DNA of 64,000 bases from Perna viridis (lineage: Eukaryota): positions 14,859,488 through 14,923,487 of the forward strand of contig CM074520.1 in NCBI GenBank assembly GCA_037379345.1, in the 5' to 3' direction. The first letter of the stretch is position 1. The number at the start of each line of letters is the position of its first letter. The notes beneath the pieces were generated by a model. It saw only the letters and a program-made list of their open reading frames with translations, searched no databases and was not told where the DNA came from. The translations under genes were made by a program, and so were the position numbers. Below, one piece after another: positions 11,780-24,025 of this stretch.

Positions 11780-14700
11780 CTGCAAAAAGTAAAAAAAGAA
11801 TATTGATATTCAGCAATGAAGTTAATTTTATATTAACCATTGCATGAAGAAAACTCATATTTGAATCACAAATCAACTATATGAGTTAAATATGAAAGCA
11901 AAGCAGCAAATTGGAGAAAAAATGGCTACATCAGTAAATGTTACCAGATTCTGACAAGATCGAAAGAAATATCAATTTTTAAATACAAAATGTAATAAAC
12001 ATGTATTAAATAGGTAATGGTTATGCACTGTCATTCCCCACTTTTTACTACAATGGTAAGAAATTGCAAAATCCTATCATTGCCAAATGACTAATTTGGT
12101 AAATTTCAACAACAGATCAATTTACTGTAATCCTTAATACATATACAGTATACTATCACACATACTTTATTCCACTAGTACTTTCAGTGTAGTCCAAGTT
12201 ATGAACAAATCAACTGGCTTTTTTAAGCCTTTTGATGAACATTTTGTATGCTTTTGTATTTCGTTCAAATAACTCTTATAAACTATAAAAATATATATAA
12301 ATAACTCTTATTTACATTTACAGCAAAAATTAGTACATATATATGACCTCCTAAATATTCATTACTCTATTATAATCCACAACACATTGTGTTATATTTG
12401 ATCCAGTAATTTGACAGCCATGAAAATAATTGTAAATAGCTTATTTATTCTATTTTAAAAGCACTATAAACAATTAGATTTACCACTGCATGTGGTTATG
12501 TTCTTACCTGGTCCTCTAGCTCCCTGATTTCTCTCATTATGGTACCAGTTTGTTCTACTATCTTGATTAGGTGTTCATAATTCTACAAAACAAAACAAAA
12601 AGCAAACATATACTATAATTTGGGGAAAGATTGGGAAATTAAAACTGCGCAAAAGAAGACTGATCACAAAAGTCACAAAAAAAAAAAGATGGTGCAAAAA
12701 TTTCATGGTTTACAATATTGCTTTTTACTATTGCCTATAGTTTGTCTATCAGTTTGGTAATTTTGTTATTACCCTTTATTTGACACTTTAGCATCACATG
12801 TGTGTTCTTTCTATAAACTGTCAATGTCTAAATTTATTTTTATGATTTCATTTTTCACTTTAACAGTATGTTATACCTCATGTAATGCTGCTAAATGTCT
12901 GTAAGCTTTCTTCACTGATTCATCTTTCTTGGCATCCTGTTTATCAAGCAATAAGTCAATTATTGAAGCAAATACTTTAATACATAAAAAGAATATCTTA
13001 TAAAGTGAAAATATATTTGACAAAAAGACTGTAAAGAGTTCAATAGGAGTTATTACGTTTAAATTTTTAGACAAATCATTTTTCAAGTTTTGTGGCTTCA
13101 AAATAAAGTTTTAAACTGGTCTTTTACAATAAATAGAAAAGCTCAATAAGTGAAACCGTAAAGGAAACCCCAAAAATCATTTAGATGGAACTACAAAATA
13201 GGCACTGCACTATAAACCTCATGCTTTTAAGCAAGGCAGTATAATAACAAACCACTCGTAGCCATATGTCCCCCATAGCTGCCAAAAATGTTGAAGTGCA
13301 AAAGTCCCATAACTCCTGTAAAATTTGTCCAATCAAAATTGCAATGCAATATGATATACAACAAATAGTGACTGACAATCCTACAAAATGTGAATGTGTT
13401 TCATGAAGTTGCATCCACAAGTGTGACCAGATGGACTGACACATTAGTATTTCTATCACTATAGAAATGAGAAAAAGTATAATTCTATACATATACCTAC
13501 CCTGAAAATAAGTTCATCAGTTACAGTAAATGTTCTGTCCAGTTTACCTGACAGCATGTTTATCTCTTTCTGTACAGATCTAGTATCAACCAATACCTAA
13601 AATAATATGGAATAGATTCCCTGATCTTCTTCATAAATAGCCATGTTTACGATTTGGTCCGGGTTAAATTACCTTTAACCATAGTCAGTTTTGATTGGCT
13701 CAGAAGAAATTAAAATCAGATTGGCATCTCCCTAAAACTAATTTGTGACCAATGTGGGGGAGACTTATCAAAAATCTTGTAAGCAATGTCATAATTATTG
13801 ATTAGCTTCAGACACTTATGGGGTCATGCGGTCATTTGTTTACTGCTATAGATCGAGCCAATTAACTTGTACAATGCCATAAATGATCTCTGGCACATGG
13901 GTTTCCTGTCCTATTGATTTTTAATCCCCACAATACACAGGCAAAAAAGTTCAAATTATCCAAGGATTGAGTCATCAGCAATCAAGAATAACCCGGAAAT
14001 ATATCAGTTTTATCTGCTTTAAAATGATTTCAGGTCAAGTAATTCACTTACCAGAGTACTTTGATCAGATCATGATGCTCTGCATATTGTATCAGAGACA
14101 ATTTTGGTGTGTTGTATATCAGTTATGTTTTAAATGCAACATTGACAGGGAAAATTCTTGCATATCTTTATTCATCCAAAATGTTTTTAGTACATAACAT
14201 TTTGCTTTAAAAATGTATAAAAATCAGGAGTATCAGCAAAACATGTGAAATACATAAGTATTTCAGATTCACTGGTGAAATGAATATAGTCGTTGAAACA
14301 CTTCAGTTGCTACAGTCTGTTTGGCCTGTAGTTAAATGATCAGATATCATTTCAACAAATAAAATTTATCAGTAAAATCAGATACCACTATAGATGGGAA
14401 TTCCAAAGTGTGATTAATCAAATTTCAAATTTGTTCCTTTTACTACACAAGCTATTTCGTTTTAATACAGTCATATTAAAAATAAAGGTGTCAACAAATA
14501 ATTACAAATGCCACATTAAACATTGTTAAAACAAACTTCTGTCATGATTTGTAATAAAGCAATCAGATTGCTCACCAATTATTTGACTTCAAGACATCCG
14601 AGTTAATTACCTTTTAAGACCTATCGAAGGGACTGATTGAAAATCTCAAGTTATCTGAGGTTGTGATTCATTCAAGTTCGTGTCATCAAAGGTAAAATTG

Positions 14701-17700
14701 TATTGGAGTAAGGGGATTTTTGCAGGGACTGTCAAATTACTTTGAGTTATCCGAGATTTTGACTCTTCTGAGTTCGACACAGCTAGGTTCGACTGTAAGT
14801 GGTTGGTCCTAAAATTCAAAGATTAATATCACACATTTTTTTACCTTATTTATCCCATCTTTCTGCTTTTTGATATTTAATACAATTTCCATGATTCTTT
14901 TAGTATATGCTGATCTATTTACATCTTTAGTCATTCTTTCATACTCTGCTACCTACAATGTAAACAAAAAAGTAAAATGCATTACCATATTTCTTCTACA
15001 GGTTATATTTGAGCCTTTTCAAGTCATTTTATACTGAAAACGATAAAAAAATTATTATTAAACTTTACTGAACAAGTCAAGAAACTCAACAGTTTATAAA
15101 TAAATGGTTAGAATGTGAAACAGGTATATATCTCCATGTTCTGGGGTTCATACATTTAAAAGTTTTTTTTTAGAAACTTTCAGATAAATGCAAAAATTAG
15201 AAAAAAAGAAAACACGACGGAAATCTGAAATTTCAACGACAAAAAAATTGTTTACAAAGGTTTCACTGTAATGGATATCGGCAATTTACCAATTGTTTCT
15301 GTAACTCCTCTTTGTTCCTGGCATCATCTGCCACTTCTTTCATTTTTGAACGGAATGCTTTTATCTCTTCTAATTTCTTCTCAGCCTCATACTGTTAAAA
15401 TAGATAAATGTCCCTTAGCATACAAACATAAACAATGCCTTTAGATAATGTTAATGTGTTAATGATAATTGGACAAAATTTTTTTCATACCAAGGTACAT
15501 TAGTAACAGACTGTGCCTTTAACCACAAGACCTATGCTCAATTCTAGAAAATAAATGATTCATTGTGGAAATTCAGTCACATTCTGGTTACTTATTAACA
15601 AAAAAGATTGAATTTATGGTGGGCTAGTAGCTGGGATAAATTTGCCAAAGACAGTTGGGAAAAGTGCATACAAAAAATATACATTATTTCACTAGTCTTT
15701 TACATTCTTAATCTACTAAAGTAATATTAATGAATAATGGAGATGTTTTTTCTAATGTATCTGTTTTCTCATATCCCTAACCTAATTTATTTTTAGTATT
15801 TATTATTCCACCAATTATTTTGATTCTAGTGAAAAAAAAAGATTATAAATAACCATCTAAACATTCAATCTTCCTTAAGGCATAAACTTTACCACTTTTC
15901 GATGGTCATGGAATTTCTTTAATAGCTGGTAACTTATATTCATCTGACATAATTTTCACGACCATCTAGATTCAGAATGCTTATGCAGACCCATTGCTTC
16001 ATAACATTGAAGTCATACCTCTTTTTTGGAGTTAAGGTCCTTAAGTTCTCTAAACTGGTCTATCAGTGGTGCCCTGTGTTTCTCCCATTGGTTAGCTAAA
16101 GTCACTAGTCTATGTGCACTGCCATCCACTACAGACTAAATAAAACCCATATATTGTACAGCTTTATAATGATTTAAAAGATCAGCATCAGATTTCACAA
16201 TGACTTGTTCAGCTGCATTTATGCATTAATATTTCCAATGGACATCTTACATGGAGATTAATTAACCTAAAAATAGACTTGACAGTATTCAAATACATGT
16301 ACCAGTATATCTATTAATACTATTCTGATTAATAAGAGCATAACTGTGAATCTGAACATTTTCTGATTTCATTGACATTCCATTCTCAGTTGTCTGATAT
16401 TATGTTACTAAAGAAATGCATCCATCCTGATACTTGTATGATTAGCATTGATATTTCAGTGCTGTTTTTGAAAGGAATATTTTATCACATTTCTTACCAG
16501 TAACTTTACACTAATGTTCTCTTGTAGCTTAACTTATAGTCCTCTCTTTTAACCTGAAACTAAGCAATATCATTATGTTTTTACCTGTAACTTGGTGATA
16601 TTGTTCTCAGCATCTGGCAACAAATCTAACGTCCGTTTCTTGACTTTGTACGATTCCTCTTTATCCTGATTTTGTTGGGCTAAAGTTGACATTTGTTCTT
16701 CCATTTGTTTAATAGAAGCATTGATCTTTTTAGAATCAAGATCTAAATTGTCTATTTGTGATATTAAATTGTTATATTCAGTCTTAATCTTTTCTATTTC
16801 TTCTTCCCTTTGTTTTTGAAGCTCCTACAGTATAAGAAAAGTCATAAATGACCACAATTCTTAGATTTTTCCACTGGATTAAAAAATGCTTTTAATGGGA
16901 CAGAAAATGGGATCGAAGGAGCTAACTCAATATGTACATGCATAAAATATTTGGAAAGTCTAAAAGTTAAATAAACCGATAGAATATACCTTAATTAAAA
17001 GTTGGTCATTGCTGTTTCCTGATGTTATATCTTAAGGTGGGGCACTGAAGGGTAAGGGACACAACTCTTAATAATCATTGGAACATTTGTATTCATCATT
17101 TTACATCAATCTCATGTAAGTATCAAAGTAACTTGGGCTGATTTCATTCTGTTTCAAATGAAAACTTGACAGGCTTTTGTGAAATTGAATATGATACGCA
17201 CATATCACTGATTTCAAGAGTTGAATGTTTTGCTTTGAAAGAAGAAGCCAAATAATATTTGTAATTTCCTTTTTCTATATATGGCAAAACAAAAAATCCT
17301 ACTAAAGAATTTAAATAAACCACAGTATTAAGTTTCTATGAACTAAATACTGACCTCCTCAGTGTGGCCTTTCTCTACTTCTGGTTTCTGAATTTGTGAC
17401 AATGTTTTTTCTTCATCCTGAGGAAATGAAAGAAATTACTTCAAGTAACAGATTGAAAATAAAAAAAATTGTAGGTGAAAAACAAGTTGTTAGTTATTAT
17501 ATCACAACAATATTTTCTTTAATGAAATCATATCTTAACTAAATTTTACACTTATGAATTTCCATAAAATTGACTTCAGTATTTAGCAGTTAAGTCATAA
17601 GCATATGAATTGTTATTTTCCTGACATAGGAAACAAAAGAAGTCCATTCTAGGTTAAAAATTACTGGTCATTACATAAAATTCAGATGCATATCTTAACT

Positions 17701-20700
17701 TTTAGAAAAATAACAAACCTTTGCATATATAAGTTGTTCCGTATGAGTGAACCTTGACCCCTTTGTTTTAGCAGTACCAGCTGATCGGTTACTCATGGCA
17801 TCAATCATCTGTTGTAGATCCATAGCAGATCGTGAAGATGCAAGATCTCCACTCCTTTGAACATCAGCTCGTAAGTTATCTTTCAATCTCTTTTGTATTT
17901 TCTGTCTCTTTCTAGCTCTGTAGTCCTATGAGGAGAGTTGAATTAACATTACAAGTGAAAGCTTATATGCTTGAATCTGTAATTTTGTATGTTTCAAACA
18001 TTTCTTTTTCAAGATATCAACCATTTTTTAAGAGATAGGAAAATTCAAAATCAAAATCACTTGGGAATAATTATTCAATATCAAAAGATTAAAAAAAAAA
18101 CAAAAAAAAACATAAAAAATCTGTTTGACAGAGGACAAAGGTAAAGCTTTTTTTTATTCAGCCACAATAAAATTAATCTATCTAGACAAATGTGAAGGAA
18201 GACCAACATGATTCATCTGAATATTATTTACATGTCCAGACAACTATGAAAAAAGACCACTTTAATTTTACAATATTTACCTGTTCAGACAACCGTGAAG
18301 GAAGACCAACTTGATTCCATTCATTTTCCCATTCCTGTTGTGCTGTTAGTTCCATAGCCATGTCTTCCATCACAGAGGGGGCAGTATCACAATGATGAAT
18401 TGTTTGATTGGTAACAAATGGAAGACTTTCTGAGTAGTAGGACTTTACTTCTACAATGCAATCAACATAAACAGTATAAGATAATACATCTAAACACAAA
18501 TATTTTTTCATGTGTTTATCAAACATCATTTTTACATCAATTTGCTTTCTAACTACTTTTTGCATAGAAAAAACAATTCTGGTTACTTCTGGTTACATGT
18601 AGCTTTATTTGTTTTTAAAATAATACTAAGCCAGGGTACTATTTAGTTTTTGGATATTGATAAGTTGAAAATTTTTGTAACTTTGTTGCATTCTAATGGA
18701 AGTGCAAACAAAATTCATAAACACTAGTTTAATGATGTAAAATGATAAAATAAATGATTTGATTTTGTTTTATAAATGTAGTTGATTTCTTAAACAAAAA
18801 GACATAATTGTAGAACTGGTTGAATGTCATAACAGGAAGTAGCATTGTGACATCATATACACAACAAATTTTACACTTACATTTGTTATGAAATTGACCA
18901 TTTGGTCCCAAATAAATCACAAATTGATCCATTATATTCTGTTGAATTGTAGAGTTTATCTTGATTGAAGTATTTAGAAATTTAACACAAAACACTAGAA
19001 GATTGACTTGTTGTTAATATTATTCCATATCTTAATACCCTTAATAAATTCTATAAATGTCACATACTTTAAACAAAATACAGAATCATACAATACACAA
19101 TTTTACCTTTAGAAATCTTTTTTGAGAGATCTCCCATTCCATGAGGTGTACGAACATGACATGAATGATATTTACAAGCAGACTTAGCACCCTGAAGTAG
19201 ACGATCATGTAGAATAAAAATTTCTGTTTTAAGACCGAATAAAATGAGATAATCTTTTTTTGCAAAGTGTTGATTGTTCCTTGATATTCATCTTCGTTGG
19301 AAAATTAGTAATTGAATTTAGTTTAATTCAATTAATTATTTTTAATTTTTAGAGAGCAAAAATGTACCTGTACTTGTAGTAATAAAAATACAACTCATCA
19401 AATTTTATTTATATATCCATCAATATTTCGTCTAACATTAGTTTATTATTACTGCCTTACCTCTCTCTGCCAAACAGGGGGCTTTCCCCTCCATGTTATA
19501 CTTTTATTTTTCAGATAAGGAGGTACCCAAGGGGAATCTAAATGCCGAGCAACGGAGGCTGCTATTGCTCTTTGTAACAATGCAGATGCACCTTTAAAGA
19601 AACAGAGACAGATATTAAAGAAGAAAATTTGATACATTTCCCATGTAAACCAAATAGTATCAGTTCAATGTGATATAATCCTTAGTTCAGTTTTTACATT
19701 GAATTCTACTTCATCTCAGAAATTGAAATTTTACATTTACATGAAGATGGAAGTAGAATTTTGTCAAATATTTTACAATTATATAAAAATCTTGGCATCA
19801 ACATATACATGTACATCACTACATGTATTAAGCAAAATTGAAATGGCTATACCTCTGTTCATTAGCCTTTTTTACTACCTGCAAATCAAGTTTGAATTTC
19901 ACATAAATTTCTAAAAAATAAATTGTATAACTAAAATACAAACCTTAGTCAGGTGGTTTTGTAGAGGGTATTTGTAAAATCATGACTATTCTTGAAAACA
20001 AATAAAACAGAAAAAAAGAAGCAAAAGTGATTACCACCTACCCAGTGGTTCATCTGTTGTTTCTACTGTGTCTTTAGGTAACTTGTCAATAAGGAACATG
20101 AAAACCTTTCGTATTTCTGTCTCACTAGAGTACAGGAATGTCTGATAACCAATTTCACCTTTGTATCCAAGCTCCTACAACCATAATGAGAATAACTATA
20201 CAAATATGAGAAAACTTAAATTGAATTTCATAATTTTTTTTATTTATTTTAATAAAACATAAATCAATTTAACTGGCAGATTGCAATAAGATTTTTTTTA
20301 AATCTGAATTCTAGAAAATATTTGTACAATGTTTATCACTTTCAAGATAGTTACAACAGAATAGAATTATGGCAGAAAAATGCCATCACAAGTTTCTTGT
20401 ATTTTAAGATAAGATAATATAAAAGGTCACCACTGTCATTTTTATGCCCTTAGAAATGAAGACTAACTTCTTTAAACATACAGATGTCGCCAGATTCATT
20501 TCACTACCAGAGTTTTATATATATATATATTAAAGAGATAAATGATTAGCGTCTTGTTTTAAAAAAAAAACAACATTAAATTGATTACAATTACAAATGT
20601 AAAAACATTAATTCTTTAGATGTTACGTATATGTTGTTAATTACTAGAGTTATAATGAGAAATGTTTGTCCAACAAAGATTTTACCTGAATAATGGATGC

Positions 20701-23663
20701 AAGACTGGTTCCCATCCTGAATCTAGCTGACATACCACTTGGTAATGAGTTTGGAAGATCAACATCATTGTTAATTATTTTCAGACAACGAACAGCTGAG
20801 GACACAATTAATTCAGTGCTGAATTGTTTCAAACTCTGAATTTCTTCATCAAGGTCACTAAAAATACATGTACATATATACAAAAAATGTTGATGTATAA
20901 TATACTACATCATACAGTTAAACCATTTAAGGCAAGCTCCAGGGGGACTAAAAGGTTGGTTTAAAAAATGCACTGTAACTGAAATAAAGGGACTTCAAGA
21001 AATGTCTGGTTAACTCATGGTTTGGATTAGATATGTTTCACTGTACTATGGCATAAATAATTGAATAATTGTGAAATTACTTTGATACATGCATGGAACA
21101 TTAATCTCACTATCATTTACAATCAAGTTTAATATCTTCAAAATACAAAATGCCTTAATGTTACTAGGCAACTTTCTCCACATTGGGTCATTAAGGATGT
21201 TCTCTGCTCAGTTTAAGAATAAAAAGGATTACAAAGGATTGTGAAATCTTTTAAGATTTCATTTTTGAACAACAGAAGTGAAAAAATTGGTGAGTCAGTG
21301 TGCTCATTTTTGAGATATAAGTATTTGAAATTTTGGCAAGAAAAGGATTTCTCTTGATTTTATATTGGCTGTGTCTTAGTAGGTTTTGTCTACTAAAAAC
21401 CCTGAAGAAATAAAAAGGATTTCATAAAAACTTCTCAAATAACATTTTAAGGTGTGTTTAATGAAATTATGACAAGAAAAGTGTGGGTCACTGGGCAATA
21501 TATATCTAGGCTTTGAAATGGATAAAACCAGAGTAGTCAGAAAACATCCAAAACAACTGAGATCATATGTTCTGTGTTGGGATCAAGTTCTCCTTGAAAA
21601 AGTTTTTTGCAACTTGAACCTAGAAGACTCTATCAAGTTCAACAGTCATTATCTCTAGTTGATATATTGAACATCTCATGCATGTACATCATGATCAAGT
21701 AATGTTTAAGTGCAATGTAAACTCATCATTCCTTAAATCAATATTATAAAAAAAAAACCTATGTTTAGAGGAAAATAATTTTAAAGAAAAGTTAACATCT
21801 GAGGATGACAACAGAAGATTATAGATACAAAATTTAGGCATAAACTCATTCACCTGAACTTACTATTGACCCAATTCATCAGAAGATGTTCAACAAAGAA
21901 ATTTATCATAGTATACATTTGAACTCTGTTACCATTATACCACAGGTCCCATTGTAACACTACTAATTTAAACAAAAGCACTAACACATTTTCTATATTC
22001 ATTCACAGTGTGCTCCAACTATGGTCCAAAGGTAAACCTTGAAATCGCATACATTGCATTAATCAAGTTTTCCCAACAACAAGAAAATAAGAAACAGACA
22101 CAAAATTTTCATGTGATTTTCTGCCATTTTCAAATTTTTCTAGGGTCTGAGGGTGGCTAAAAGCTTCAAGAAACTCTCTGGTAAAATGTGCAAAATCATG
22201 CATTCTTAGCCTATCCTGACATCTTAATTGCAGTTTTGTGACCTTTATTACTGGCTCATTCTGAAAGTTTTACATGAAGTTACTTACATATAGTAGATTT
22301 GTGTTCATTAAACATTCAAGGAATGTGGTGCATTTTTTACCTATACAATATAATATCAATAATTGGTAAGATTGTATTTGCTAAGAAGATATGTGTATCA
22401 GCCTTTTCTCAATATTTTTACACTTTCAATGGTCTCCTCTTGGGGTGTAATACCACTATTTCGGGAACTAGTCACCAGCACATACAAGAAAGTAGTTCAA
22501 ATGACACGAAGTAGTCCCATTATTGCACCCTATCATTCTCCAAGTTTAGTAGAGATATACAAATTTTGTTTCATCTGAAAAAGCTGAATGAATCAGCAGT
22601 AATTTAAAAGTTCATTTTCTTTAATCAGTGTAGGATAAACAATTTCTGAACAAAGACTCTGGCCTCTTGACATGGCCAAATTTCAGAACGAAAGTAGTGA
22701 TTTCTGCACTGTCTACTTTCACTTTACCATTCTTTCTTAGAACTTGAAAGCACATAAGGTATGTGGTATTTTTAAGAGAGTTTAAGGTAATGGGTAACCA
22801 TCATAATGAAACCCTTTCAGCACCACCTGTACTGATGTAAAAAATAATTTGAGCCTCACAAATAGCTGAATTTAACACAGAAAGTAATGGAGACCAAAAA
22901 GAGTGGTATGACACCTTAGGTGGTAGGATAAATTTTGGGAGGTTTTTTATGAGATACAGTGATCCAATGGGAACATTTTTTCAGCACATGAAATTACGTC
23001 ACCATTTGGCAAGCAAAATATCCTTTCTATGACTACTGCAGGGTAGTCAATTAGCATGTGTGCCATATACTTCTGAGAGGTAGGGTAGAACAAGAGTTTT
23101 ACTCGCAGAAGTGTATAATAAGCATGTTCTGCAGTTTACATGAAAATGTTTAAAGATGCTGAATCAGATTTATAACAGACAGAGCTTAAGACATGTCCAA
23201 TATTCTTTTTTGTATGTAGTTGCTTTGAAACATGAATGGCTCCAAACTATTCTGTGGGAAGTGACATATTTTACTAATTTAGGAAATTATGTATGCAGTT
23301 TTGAAGTTTTAATGCAGATGTACATTGAGTGTAATAGGGACTATTCAATATTCCCTTTGGTCGAGACTCCTAATTATAACAAAGCTATGTATTATCAACG
23401 CAATTAAATGCTATTTGAGTACAAATAGCTCCATCCCTTATAGCCTTAAGACATTAGCCTAAAATCAGGCTAAAATCATCAAGTTAATGCAAAGAAAGTC
23501 TGAAAGATTAGATGATGTATTGACTCCAGACAAATACCCAGACGCCTGTTTTTACAGAATGCTATTTAAAGCATGCACAATTAATAAAACAAACATCTTA
23601 ATCGATATATTACCATCCGATCGCATTTAAAGAGTGGATAACTATTTTATCCACCTCCTCCAT
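11663..23663 (-). CDS. CCDC22: Coiled-coil domain-containing protein 22 (CCC/Commander complex subunit); whole gene, 16 coding exons, 641 aa
   Basis: join(minus): 23614-23663, 20686-20857, 20042-20174, 19461-19591, 19107-19191, 18281-18450, 17719-17925, 17355-17417, 16585-16824, 16019-16135, 15290-15391, 14845-14952, 13501-13596, 12877-12936, 12508-12582, 11663-11779 (1926 nt, all GT-AG, phases consistent). Peptides MEEVDKIVIHSL, MSARFRMGTSLA, GYQTFLYSSE, KGSRFTHTE, QWEKHRAPL, SGKLDRTFTVTDELIF, DAKKDESVKKAYRHLAALHE match vertebrate CCDC22 as recalled. Confidence 0.96.
12508..12582 (-). CDS. CCDC22: CCDC22 exon 15
   Basis: NYEHLIKIVEQTGTIMREIRELEDQ. Confidence 0.95.
12877..12936 (-). CDS. CCDC22: CCDC22 exon 14
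   Basis: DAKKDESVKKAYRHLAALHE. Confidence 0.95.
13250..13462 (-). mobile_element. Internally deleted copy of the HINE-like family at 40333-40920
   Basis: Reverse complement shares GGGGACATATGGCTACG, TGTGGATGCAACT and TTTTGTAGGATTG with the 40333-40920 copy. Confidence 0.65.
13501..13596 (-). CDS. CCDC22: CCDC22 exon 13
   Basis: VLVDTRSVQKEINMLSGKLDRTFTVTDELIFR. Confidence 0.95.
14845..14952 (-). CDS. CCDC22: CCDC22 exon 12
   Basis: VAEYERMTKDVNRSAYTKRIMEIVLNIKKQKDGINK. Confidence 0.95.
15290..15391 (-). CDS. CCDC22: CCDC22 exon 11
   Basis: YEAEKKLEEIKAFRSKMKEVADDARNKEELQKQL. Confidence 0.94.
16019..16135 (-). CDS. CCDC22: CCDC22 exon 10
   Basis: SVVDGSAHRLVTLANQWEKHRAPLIDQFRELK. Confidence 0.95.
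16585..16824 (-). CDS. CCDC22: CCDC22 exon 9
   Basis: ELQKQREEEIEK...VKKRTLDLLPDAENNITKLQ. Confidence 0.94.
17355..17417 (-). CDS. CCDC22: CCDC22 exon 8
   Basis: DEEKTLSQIQKPEVEKGHTEE, 63 nt, AG/GT flanks. Confidence 0.85.
17719..17925 (-). CDS. CCDC22: CCDC22 exon 7
   Basis: DYRARKRQKIQKRL...KGSRFTHTEQLIYAK. Confidence 0.94.
18281..18450 (-). CDS. CCDC22: CCDC22 exon 6
   Basis: VKSYYSESLPFVTNQ...QQEWENEWNQVGLPSRLSEQ. Confidence 0.92.
19107..19191 (-). CDS. CCDC22: CCDC22 exon 5
   Basis: GAKSACKYHSCHVRTPHGMGDLSKKISK; needed for phase 0->1 continuity. Confidence 0.88.
19461..19591 (-). CDS. CCDC22: CCDC22 exon 4
   Basis: ASALLQRAIAASVARHLDSPWVPPYL; AG/GT flanks. Confidence 0.93.
20042..20174 (-). 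CDS. CCDC22: CCDC22 exon 3
   Basis: ELGYKGEIGYQTFLYSSETEIRKVFMFLIDKLPKD; AG/GT flanks. Confidence 0.95.
20686..20857 (-). CDS. CCDC22: CCDC22 exon 2
   Basis: DLDEEIQSLKQFSTELIVSSAVRCL...MSARFRMGTSLASIIQ; AG/GT flanks. Confidence 0.95.
23614..23663 (-). CDS. CCDC22: CCDC22 exon 1
   Basis: ATG at 23663, MEEVDKIVIHSLNAIG, donor GTAATA. Confidence 0.93.
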
Positions 23664-23979
23664 CTTGTACTGTCATGTGACCAATCTAAAAATAGAGGGG
23701 AAACTATTACTAAAAATGTTCTTTCAATATTGCTCTGCATACTCTATTTATAGTAATCTTTTATTAATTAAAGCGGATTTTTAATAATGATAAAAAATCT
23801 TATGAAAAAAGTTTTATTATTTTTCTCAATTAACTTCGGAGCTGTATGTAAACAAATATGGAGGACAACCAGCACTAGAAGCACAAAAACCTTTATGTTT
23901 TGACATTTTTCTCACCAATCAGGACGCATTGTTTGAGTACAAGATAAAAATTGTCATATCATAATATTTTCATTTAAGT
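23664..23979. promoter_or_regulatory. Bidirectional promoter shared by CCDC22 and SCLT1
   Basis: 316 bp between divergent ATGs; CCAAT at ~23681 and ~23915; forkhead-type TGTAAACAAA at ~23847; E-box-like GTCATGTGAC at ~23672. Confidence 0.75.
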
Positions 23980-24025
23980 ATGGCGTCGATGGATGATGAA
24001 GAAGTAGACTTTTTGAAAGATCAGG
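23980..24025 (+). CDS. SCLT1: SCLT1 exon 1
   Basis: MASMDDEEVDFLKDQ, donor GTAAGT. Confidence 0.9.
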
